Assembly: GCA_009602725.1 (NCBI GenBank)
Contig: WELB01000023.1
Coordinates: 1,014,311-1,078,310, forward strand
From: Spirogloea muscicola
Taxonomy: Eukaryota
Length of the DNA: 64,000 bases
Direction: 5' to 3'
Below the pieces are notes generated by a model, which was given only the letters and a program-made list of their open reading frames with translations, searched no databases and was not told where the DNA came from. Below are positions 14,215 to 25,400 of this stretch, piece by piece. The first letter of the stretch is position 1. Every line of letters starts with the position of its first letter. A program made the position numbers and the translations under genes.

Positions 14215-17200
14215 GCATCTCCCAGAGAAGGGCCAGCCCAAGAAGAATGTACGAGGTTCAAGAGCCGGAAGGCGCCTAAGGCCACACACAGCTAGACACG
14301 AGACTACCGCAAATGGAAGCTTAGTACCACGAGTGAGCAGCAGCAAGTCGGAGTGATACGCAGCTGGGAAAGAGGCACCCCGCCCAGACCCAAATGCAGC
14401 AGCCATAGCGTGGCCTGCTAGCAAGTGGACTGCGTGAGCTAGGGAACGCTGGAAAGAGACTGACAGCGGCATGCGGCGCGGGAAGAGAAACAGCTCTTCC
14501 AAGTTGACGGCAATGGCTAAGAGAGGTTAGCCCAAAGGAGGTTAGCCCCTTTGTCAATTCTTTTTGGGCTGGCTTTTCTCAGCCCTTGCCCCCATTGGGA
14601 GTGCCACTTCTTCAATATAAAGAAGAAAGAGCTCGCCCATTGAGGATAGGGGCTGGAACAGCCAGCCCAAAAAAGAATGAGCAGAGTACAAGAAGCCCAA
14701 GAAGAAGGGGCCCAGGCGAAGCACTAAGGCGAAGCACTAAGAAAGAAGCACACAAGAAGAAACAAAGCAGCTACAAAGCAGCCACTACTTCTATCTAAAG
14801 GAATGCACAAGGTCTGAAAGGGCCGGAGGGAAACACTCTTAGACCTCACACGGAACCTCCCGGAGGCAGCGGCGGAGCTTCCCTCACACATGCCTCTCCT
14901 TCTTTTCTCTGATTGCCATCGCCCTCTACCCTGATTGCCATCGCCATCGCCCATCTCTCTCTCTCTCCTCTACTGGAAAGAGTTTTTCTCTCGATGGGCG
15001 CTATGCGGCTCTTTCAGATCTTTGTTCTTCACAATGCGCTGGCAATCAGTGCCATCGCCCTGCACTCGAAATTGTTTTTCTGTACATTCCTTTGGGCTGG
15101 CCATTCACAGCCATTGCCTCACATTGGAAGAGCTGATTCTCTCCTCGTGACCACGTTCAGTCTTCTGTTTTGTGGGCTGGCTTTTTACAGCCCTCGCCCC
15201 CTTTGGAAGAGCTTTGTTTTTTCACAGCCCTCACCCGCTTGTCACCTTGAGCTGTTAAGAGAAGGCGGCGGTTGCGAGAGGTCAGCTCATCACAGCCATC
15301 GCGCCCCTTGGAAGAGCTTCTTAAGCTCAAAAAGCCAAACGAAGCACTGCTCAGGCAAAAGAGAAGGCGGTGACTGATTTAGGCAAGACTAGAAATATCC
15401 CAGGGGAAGCCGCAAATGAGAAGACGACTACTCAGCAAGAGACTAGTGGCTACAGCGGATGGGCACTCTGTAACTCCTGGTCAAGTGTGTGTTGGAGCTG
15501 CTCGTCCTCTCGTTATACTGGACCTCCACCGCCCAACCTCGTCACAAAGGGAGGTCAATTGCGGCTGCTTAGCAGGGGTTACTGAGTGATTTGTAGCTGC
15601 TTTCTTTCTTTGTGTGCTTTGTTTTCTTAGCGCTTCCTCTGGCCCGCTTCTCGTACTTTGTTCATTCTATTTTGGGCTGGCTTTTCCAGCTCCTATCCTC
15701 AATGGGCGAGCCCTTCTTCTTCAATACGAGCCACTGCAGGGAAAGCGCAGTCAAGCTCCTCACGGCCAGCCTGAAGCAGATGTACAAGCAGTTCTGCAAG
15801 AGGGTGGCGACAAACAAAGAGACAAAGAAGAGGACAAAGGAGGCTGGCGAGGACTGCCGAGCGACCACGTCCTCGCGGACCCAGTGTCCGGCTTGAGCTG
15901 GCGTCCACGGAGAGCCGCTTCATCTTCACTTTTGTCCACGGCCACCGCCCACCTTGGGACAGGACATGCCTGCCGTGCAGCGACCTGCCTCGTGGTGAAA
16001 AGTCAGACGCAAGTAGCGGCCCCCACCTTTCGGGGGCGGGGCCCTCATGGGTGACGCCTCCCAAGCTGTGCCCTCACGCTTGCGGGAAAGGCGCCCCTGA
16101 TTCCCGCCGACAACCCGTCGGCGCGGCCGCGGGCGATGGCGGCGCCGCCCGCGGGCCGGGGTGCTGACACCAGCGGCCAGGCCGAGACGGAGGTGCCTTC
16201 CCGAGGCCTGAAGCAATGTATGGCTTCAATAGCCATACATTCAATAGCCGCTCAATAGGCCCACCCTTTCAGTTCATGCGCACCGCGCGCCTTCTCCCAA
16301 GGAAAGATTGGACGTGTATTTGAAGCAAATCGAAGGCTCCCAAGGGGAGCAGGCCGTTCCAACGCGCAGGCTTCCTCGCCCAGGCGTGTCGCATGCGCCT
16401 GTCAGTATCGCTACATCGATCAATGGCACACGCGCTGCATCTGCGTGGTAGTCCCGCTCTAGCTGCTGCCTTTGGCTATAGACATGGACCCGCTACTCGG
16501 AGAAGAGTCCTCTGACCTGCGGCTGCTCTACAGCACCCAATGGCCACTTGATTCGCTGTGTGCTTCAGCGCTTTCCTGGCCCCTTCGAACTTTGTCCGTT
16601 AATGTTTCCTGGGCAGGCCAACCATAGCCATCACCCTATACTGGATGAGTCTCTCCTCTTTCACAGATCTCACAAATATCACAAGCCATTTCCAGCCCCC
16701 TTCCGGAAAAGCTTATCTTCAATGCCCGGAGAGCTGACGATGGCAGCCCAGGCGGTTGCACGCAATTTGCGACCGCCTGGGCGCAGCGTGGCGGCCAAGC
16801 GGGCCGGCTGAGCGAGGCTACCGCGCCATCGACGGCCAAGCCCCTCTTTTGGCGCCGGGCTCGCCACATGTCCGGCGTCATGGCGAGTGCACACGGCGTC
16901 CCTCGCATACCGCCTTCAGCTCGCTCATCGCCTCGCCCTGCCCAGCTCACAGCTGGCATGCAGATGCTGCCAGCATTCGCCATCTGCCACTCATTCTCAC
17001 TTCAGGATTCGGTACTCGTCCTTTCTCATTGTTTGACCCTTGACAGCCACCTCATCCTCTTCGCAGAGAGAGAAGCTACAGCGAAGTAGGCAGTAGCTGT
17101 AAAAGGTCAGCCCAACAAGATTGGACCAGGTCAAACGGGAAGCCCCATCACAAGAGCGCAGCATTTAGCAATGCTGTGCTTAATTGGATGGCAGCTCATT

Positions 17201-20200
17201 AATAACGCCCTAGTTAGTAGCTGCAAGTCGGCATAAGCAGCAGCCGTCAGAATAAGCCTGTGATAGAAGAAGGGATACTGGCTGTGAAAGGCAAGCCCAG
17301 AAAGCTGGACGAAGGGACGAGGAGGGCTTTGTAGGCCCGTTGGACCTTGTCCAGAGCTGGCTTTTCACAGCCCCCCCCCCTTGGAAGAGCTTTACTTCTA
17401 TGTTGATGAGTTGATGTTGTTATTCTGACTACATCTACTGACTAGAGGTTCCTGAGAGTCCCCTTGCTGCCGTCTTAGCACTTAGCACCTTGCTTTCTGC
17501 ACTATCCGGCTCCTTCAGACCTTGTCCATTCCTTTGGGCTGGCCTCTCACAGCCATCAGTCAATCTGGCCGCGCCTTCTTTCATGTTGGCGCAGCTTTCT
17601 CGACTTGGCGACGGCTCGGATTGGCTGGCGCCCTCCAAAGGGGGGGGCATGCGAGAGTTCCACGAGCTGGGTGGGGACATGTGCCGTCACATGAGGCCGG
17701 CGGCGCCGACGGGCACCGACATGCTGGTCACGACGCACAGTGCGAGGCGCAGCTCACTCCCGAGAAGTGGGGCCCCGACCCGCAATTGCGCTTCAACGCA
17801 CAACGAAGCAGAAGATCGGGCGCAGTGAGCACGACATGAAGGGGTGCCAAGCCAGTACAAGAAGAAATGACGTTCCTAGGAGAGGGCAGTGGCTGTGATA
17901 GGAAGTGGCTCTCCCAATGTGGGCAAGGGCTGTGATAGGCCAGCCCAGAAAGATGAATGAACAGTACACATTTGTGGTGAGGAGACTCTAAGAGGGGCTA
18001 AGGTTAGGGTTAAGGGTTAAGGCTAGGAAACAAAACGCACGAGAACAAGACGCCCCAACCCCTAAACGCGGAGACTCTGATACCCAAATGCGGAGAGGCT
18101 CATCAGTAGAAAGACAAAGCTCGTCCATAGAGGCTCGCCATTCCATGCATTGTTCATCCTTTTGGGGCTGGCCTTCACAGTGAAAGTGGCTCTCCCAAAG
18201 GGGGCGAGGGCTGTGAACAGCCAGCCCAAAAAGAACTGACAAGTTTCTTTTGGCCTCCGAAGGGGCCATGAAGCGCTTTCGCAAAGCTTCCTGGGTGAGA
18301 TAACACTTAGTTACCTCTAGTTTGGAGCACAGCCTTCGCCCCTTCGGAAGAGCTTATTCGTCTCCTTTCTGTCTCCTCTCGGCGCTGACCTCTCACAAAC
18401 ATCGCCTTGCTTTGGATAAGCTGTTTCTACCTCGCTGACAAGAGAAGCAGCTCTTCCGAAGGGGGCGAAGGCTGTGAAAAAAAGTGCTCGCCTCTAGAGA
18501 AGAGGGCTGTGAAAGGAGCCCACAAAAGAATGGACAAGGTCCAGAGTAGTCAAGAACACCGTCTCCTACAAGAAGATGCCCCCTTTGGCTTACTCTCTCC
18601 TACTTCCTTTCGGCCCTTTGGACCTTGTGCATTTCTTTGGGCTGGCCTCTGACAGCCTTGCCTAAATTTGGATCAGGTGTATATATCATTTGCCGTCCAC
18701 TTGCGTGCATGCAAGTGGACGGCGAAGTGCAGGTCGCGCCTTGGCTGCTGCCTCCGGATTCCGTCAGGGCGACGCATTTTCCCGCCATCTACTGTTTCTG
18801 ATATGCACTTGCTGACTAGAGGTTATTGAGCGCCCACTTGCTGACGTTAAAGAGACGTCCTGCTTTTTGCGCCATCGGCCCTTTCAGACCTTGTAAATTC
18901 CTTTGGGATGGGCTTCACAGCCACTGCCTTGTAACTGGAGAAGCCACTTCCTTCTGGGCTGAGCTCTCGCAGCCATCGCCTTTTGGCGACGTCTTCCCGC
19001 CCTCTAGCTATTCTGACCTGCACTTGCTGACTAGAGGTCACTGAGAGCCTCCTTGTCGTCTTAGCACTTAGTCCCCTGCTTTCTGCGCCATTCGGCTCCT
19101 CTTGACCTTGTCCATTCCTTTTTGGGCTGGCTTCTCCCAGCCACCAGTCAATTCGGCCGCGCTTTCCCCCTTTTGGGCTGTGAAAGAAGGGAGACATCAA
19201 CGCCAGCCCAACACCAACCAGATGGGAGGGGCCAGCTCGTCGCAGCCGCCCGGCCCGCTAATGGTCAGAAGGAGGGTGACCCGTGGGCCGCCCCGGGCAG
19301 GGGCTTCTCCCCACTGTTCGGAGCTCCTGGGAGCCTCGCTACCCGCCAGCCCGGCCGCCGCGGCAGGCGCCGCACTTCACGGCAAGTGCGCTGCACGTGG
19401 CGGGCACCCCCACGCGTGTACGGCGTTGCTTGGACGGTAGCGCACCCGGGCAGCCGGGGCTCGCGCTCTTTATTAACGTAATCTGAGATCCAGACATCGA
19501 ATAGCGTGACTGCGGGAGACATGCTGCCCACCCAGTCTATTCCCTAACCAAATATGAAATTGCTGCACAAAGAGGCTGTTATGTCTGTGAGAGGACTGCC
19601 CAAAAACCAATAACGGTATTCACTGCCTCCTCTACCGGCTCACCTTGCGCTTGCGGAGCCGGTCGGCGTGATCAGGTCTCGGCCCACAGTTGTACATATG
19701 AAAAAGAAAGCGGCTGCTGATATGAAAGAATCGGCTGTGAAATGCCAGCCAGATGCATACAGGTGTTCATGACGGAGCCAAAGGCTAGGCAGACAGGGCG
19801 CCCTCAATACCCCCGTGTCAGCAGTAGGAAGTCAGATGAGCTGAGGGGAGGAAGAGCAACCCCGCTGCCCGTGGACACTGCGCGCTCTAGCCCTCTGCTT
19901 GTTGAGGCACGAAAATATCCTCAATGATGGCCAGCAGTGCACACAAACCGTTATTGCAGCACTCCACCTTCACCACCCCCGCTGTGGTCGCCTCCTACCA
20001 TGGTTACATAAGTACTTGCCTACACACCCGCTAGAGACGATGGCTAGCCTGGAGTATGCACGTTGGGCAAGTCTGCTTCCGCCGTGATGAGCTTGCCAGC
20101 AGCATGTCGTTCTCTCTTGCGTCGCCACAGCAGAGTATGCGTGCAGCGAGCTCAACCCGCTGTCGCTGTTTGGCGTCAACCAGTGACCTCCATGTGCTGG

Positions 20201-21740
20201 GCGCCGCCACTACTGAGCACGTCAGGGCATCAGCGGCTTGCCTTCATGTTTGTGCTTGCCTCGCACTTGGCCCCTCTGGCCCTCCGTCAGTCTTCACACG
20301 CTACATTTCGTTCCAGCCCAGCTCTGCGTGCTGCGGCCAATTTTAGTCCCCTGTTGCGCCAGCCCCCTGTCTGAGTCTGGAGAGGGCTCAGGCGCATGCT
20401 CTGAGTGAACCAGGAAGCTGGCCGAGCTCTGGTTGGGGTACTGGCAACAAGCATTCCGCATCGGGACATCCATCTTCGGCCTGAACGTGCTGAGCCACGG
20501 CTTGATTCTGGCAGCGGCAGCGGCAGCTCAAAGTATGTAAACGTGCATATACTTATTGTCGGCCATTCTTGCCTTTTACATGAACAGTCACGGGTTGGCC
20601 CCCGCCACCCCGCCCCCTCCTCCCGACAGTCAGCATTGCACGCCCCGTCTAATCTTTGATGCCCGTCAGGGCAGCTGCTTGAGACGCTTCCTCACCCCAA
20701 CACTGTGCACCTCCACGCGGGGGCTCTTGGTAAGACTATCTTGTACTGGCCAGCCTTCCTTTTCTTAGCTGCTGATCGAGGGCTGCTGTGTGCGCATGAA
20801 AAGGTGCTCTTCCTGTTACTTTCTTGGATGCAGCTACTGCTCAGGAAGCATTTTAAGTAATAGTTTTTACACTCATCTGGGCTCTACATTCATTGTTGTA
20901 GGCAGAGAGTTGATAAGCTTGGCATGCAGACGCTATGCGAAACGGAACAAGATGGCTCTTGGACCTTCAGCAGCACATTTCTCCAATCAAAGGCGTGAAA
21001 GCCCTTCTCGTCCCAACTCTCAATTATTGATGCCATTGAGGAGTGACTTCTCCACCTTTTAGATCAGACATTGTGACATTCCTCCATGTATGCAAAGTTA
21101 AGCCTTCAACCATGTGAGCATCAATGCAAGCAGCGTATTGCGAGTGAACCACTGCTCCATCGTATGGCTGCAAATATTACACCCATCCAGCGTTGGTACT
21201 CTGGGCTGATCGGCTGATCCCTGATAGACGACATTGCCTTGGCCGGCTGGCTCTGGCCCAGTGGACTGTGTTTCCAACATTTGGGCTGGCCCGGCCATGC
21301 GCTCTCGCTACTTAAAGGCTGCTACTGCATTTGACGTCACAAGGTCCATGCTTGCGGAAATCAAAGCAAGACTGTGCTTCTGGTGGAGCAGTGGGAGGAA
21401 GCATCGACGCCGTTAGCCACTGACTACTGATGCACTCGCTCTCCTGACCACTGCAAATGCATGAAGCACAATCGCCTGCAGCATTTCCAGACAGTTTTGA
21501 AGGACCATCACCATCTGATGTTAGAAAGAGTGACAGATACTTCCTTTCCTTCTTCGCAAGACGAGCGAAAATCATGCAATGTCGATGTGATGATGACAGG
21601 CTGCATGGTGGGGTGTCGGAGGAGGCAAGAGCTGGCGTAGGAGTCCTACTGGAGTTGAGGAGCACTTCAGAAGCAGCTCGTCAAAAGAGGAGAAGGGCTG
21701 TGAAAAGCCAGCCCACAAAAGAATGAAAAGGTATCTGAGG
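14215..21740. mobile_element. Cluster of nested 5'-truncated 3' ends of an RLE-type non-LTR retroelement, in both orientations
   Basis: Repeated ORF ends such as LSVSxQR…AGRALAA…SDLxLLTRG[Y/H]* are homologous to the C-terminus of the 48.8-49.5 kb ORF. They are followed by a ~100 nt tail ending in tttGGGCTGgcttttcaCAGCCctcgccccttggaagagc. Confidence 0.75.
19725..21100 (-). pseudogene. Longer decayed copy of the RLE retroelement
   Basis: Frameshifted and stop-interrupted minus-strand segments LAAARRAGL (~20335), CPDVL/SLVD (~20220-20175), LAIVSSGCVG (~20030) and SSSDFLLLTRGY* (19803-19840) occur in the same order as in the intact copy. Hairpin tail at ~19730-19760. Confidence 0.55.
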
Positions 21741-22446
21741 AGTTCCAACAGTGCCATAGAAGGTTGGCCCTGACTAGCTCAGTACTCCCCAGATTAAGCT
21801 ACTAAATTTGTAGTCCTTAGGGCAATGTATGGAATATGCAAGCAGCACTTGCTTGACAATGATGGCTGCAACTGTTTCTGTATTGTCATTTGTGAGGTCC
21901 GCCGATCACCTGTCGTGCTAACATTCTTGGGGTCATTGTGCATCCAACTAGTGCTGGAGAGTGGTCAGAAGGGACAAGGTTGTCTCTACACCCTGCCTGT
22001 GTCCTTTCACCCCGTAAAGGCATCTAGGTCCACAATCTGCAGCATTGGGCAGTTTCACAAACGGTGTCTATTGAATACTAAGCTGAAGGTCAGGTGCAGT
22101 TGCTCCAACCTCCAGGGTTATGAAGCATAAAGAGTCTGCATTCCTACTTCTCAAAGGACCAAGAACTCGGGGTACTAGCAGGCAGGCAGACAGAGTAATA
22201 GAGAAGGGTCAAACTTCTGATGGATCAGTCACCTTAATTGTAAAGTGATGAAAAGAGACTGATTTTTAACGCCCCTTTCCTCCTCTGGCTTCATTGCCAA
22301 GCAAGTGCTAATAGGCACAAATTGGCCTTATTCAGCATCTTCACAGTGCCTGCAGGCTTCATCATGAGCAATGACCCGCTCAATGGCGCCACCATGGCAC
22401 TGCACTCAGCAACCAAGATGGATGATGCAGAAGTCATCTGCTTGCA

Positions 22447-25400
22447 TCATTGCTTGACGCCCACAAAGCACAGGCCCAGGCGAGCGCGCTTGACGCACTC
22501 GCGGACCACAGCCTCAGCAGCGTCATCCCAGCGTGCCAGTCCTGTGTGCTGCGACTGTAGCCGCTTCCACTTCATTTCCTGAAGCCTGCACAATCATACA
22601 CCACACTTGTTAGGCTGCTTGTGAGCTTATGATTCGGTGAGAGTGCCTGGAGATTAGCTAACAAAGAGTGTGGACATCCAGTATGCAAGTATAGTATACT
22701 TACTTGCGGATAAACGGTAGGTCTCCATGGCCCGTAGCAATAATCAGAACGGTGTTGGGCTGTAAGGCTGCCCAAATGGCACCTGCATCGTTGTCAACGC
22801 GGGTGAGGACAGTTGCAAGCTCAGGCGACAATGGTGGCAGTGTGCACGCCTCCTCCGCCCCTGGGTTGCAAGTCAGCAGAGCCTGCATCTCTGCCATCCT
22901 GGTACTTGTAGAGTCCACTTGGCGAGCAACAGCATCCTGGTGTGCAGCCAGCTCCAGCAGCCTTGCCCACACAAAGCTCGTGGCCACATTCCTCACCTGC
23001 CATTTGAATAGAGGGAAGGTCAGTGAACAAGAAAATGAAACAACTCAAGGCAGTTACTTGCTCACAGGCCTTAAGGTAGTATGTAAGTACAGCCTCCCAA
23101 GGCTATGATGAATATGAGCTCATGCGGGTCTCTTCTCCGGCGTGCAGAAGTGGCTGGCTTGCAGAGCTGCTTCATGTCTGACTCTTTACCTCCTTCTGAG
23201 CCTTCGCCACAACATCTCGATCTGTTGAGCAGACTAACGCGGAGGAGGAGTCGGTGGCGAATCTGTGCAGCATGCTCCGTCTATCAATAAGAGAGCACCG
23301 TCTACCATTCCGCCCAAGCAGACTGAGTAGGCTCACTCCAGGATCCACAGACCTAGCCTCGCCAAACGACGGCCCTGCCCGTGAAGGTGGGATGACAGCT
23401 TGAGTCAGCTACAAGGCAATTGACTAGGATAATATTGCAAAACCAGTGGCAGAGGCGTGTCGTATCTGTCGGCCAAAGGCAGGGTAGAGGTCTGACTGTC
23501 AGGAGCGCAGACATTACGGCTCAACATCACTTTCACAAATTCTGCGCCTGACTTTGCTGCATCTGCAGAGTCTTGCTAACCTTGGACAAATGACCTAGTT
23601 AGCATCTGTCGGAGTACTGTACGATGTTAGGGAGCGGACAGCAATGGGGCAGCGACCAAGAGATTAGCTAAAAGATTCACCATTACGGATCTTCAGCAGA
23701 GCAAGGTCCATGGCAGCCCTTGCATCCTCCACGCTATCATGGCCTTTTTGACTGTCCTGGATGGTCCTCTGAAGGAGCTTCTCAGCCAGCACCCTGAGAG
23801 CAGGCCGGAAGGGAGGACCCCTTGGATGCGCGAAGATGACAGCTGTGTCGATGACCCGCAAATGTACAATCTGCAGCTGCTGGAGATCACTTTGAAGCGA
23901 ATGACCCACCAGAATCGTCTCAGCACTTACGAAGTCAAGCATAACATTCTGCATCCATTGCCAAGAGCAACTTGATCAGACTAGCTCGTGCACCCTGCTT
24001 GTCGGGAAAAGGAGCAACATAACAACGCCCACAACACACCGCCTGGTTGTTCTTGATCTGCTATCCGAAGTATGATGAGATGGCAAACAATTTGTAAGCG
24101 CTGGAGTTGAAATTGAAGCACAGGCAAAGCAGCACGCACCTGCACATCCAGCACACTTGTTTTTACACCATCCATCATCTCCTTTGTGATGCCACTGTAC
24201 CTGCTCAAAACAGTCAACTGACAAGTTAACACAAGCCCCAATAAGAGAATGGACTCTGAGTCATTCCTTTCAGAACTCTGGTTCAATGGTGCTGATTTGA
24301 GTATGTGAAAGTTATGTGATTAAGCTGATCACAGTATTATCCGGATCACATCTTCAAGCAACTCTTGCCGAGGCCCTGCATGGCATAAACAGTGAATACT
24401 GATGAAGACAAGCTGATGAGACCCCTTACTGTGTGTTGTAGTCAGTTATGGGACTAGCAGGCAGGACCAGGGTGTCATAGAGGACCTGTCTTACAAAAGA
24501 TTGCATCAGTCAACTCCAACTGACCTAGTTGCAACTGCAAATGCATAATAGATCGTAAATATCAAACACTGAAGATGAAGTGAATACAACGATGCAGATT
24601 AGAGAGCACATGAAATATGCATGGCTTCAAAACTCTCAGACATTGCATAGGTTCTCCCCAAGGAGGCCACCTTGCCTGCGGAGTCGACAACTGTTACACG
24701 CGTGAGCTCCAAGCCCTTCTTTGTGTAGCACTGTCACATGGCAAAAGCAAAACAACCAAGCATGTAACCTTATTAACAAGTACCTGCAGTCTGTATAAAG
24801 ACCAGCAACATGCACATGAGCAGGAATAGATGCTAGTAAAGTCCTTCCTCAGAGGCCCATTCTGTCTTACCATTTCGCAATCAATTGCGAGCATCTCATG
24901 CTTTGGCTTCCCGCCGGCTGATTTTGTCATGAGATAACCTGCAAGTAAGTGCGCCAAAGAAAGGCTCTACTAAATGAGGTTGGTGCACTAATAACATCAT
25001 CTTCAGAGAAGAGTTGCTGCAGCTTCCAGAGGTCCTGGACATCAAAGGCTGGTTAAATGCTGCTGACCTTCAGGGCAGCAGCTTGCATCCCCAACCTCAC
25101 GGGGGATTGGATACCCCTGTTCAATCATCTCTCCTCTCGTGAGCAGATAATAAGGAGGAAAGGGTGGTGCGTGACACCCGTTGGCCTGCGAGCTTGAGGC
25201 TCCGTGATCGTCAACTGGAAAGGAAGGACGACAATGAATGCAGCATGATAAGTGTACCAGTTGCGCAAGCAAGACCAGAATTATTGAGCAATAATATATT
25301 CACACCTGGTCAATTTGAGAAACTAGTGATATGTAGAGGGCTGTTCAGGTCAACAGGCTGCTCAGCATTATTGCTAAGGCTGCTTCACAGCTCGCTGTTT

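Noticed and set aside
15730..15900. Coding-like fragment KLLTASLKQMYKQFCKRV within the repeat cluster
   Set aside because: Too short and without a recognisable motif or splice support to call as a gene.
17424..19044. Hammerhead ribozyme core in ctgactagagg
   Set aside because: It does not fit CUGANGA…GAAA and is explained as codons for L-T-R-G.
14215..19210. CRISPR-like array (palindromic repeat with variable spacers)
   Set aside because: Repeats are degenerate, irregularly spaced and in both orientations, the intervening DNA is homologous ORF ends, the context is eukaryotic and there are no cas genes.
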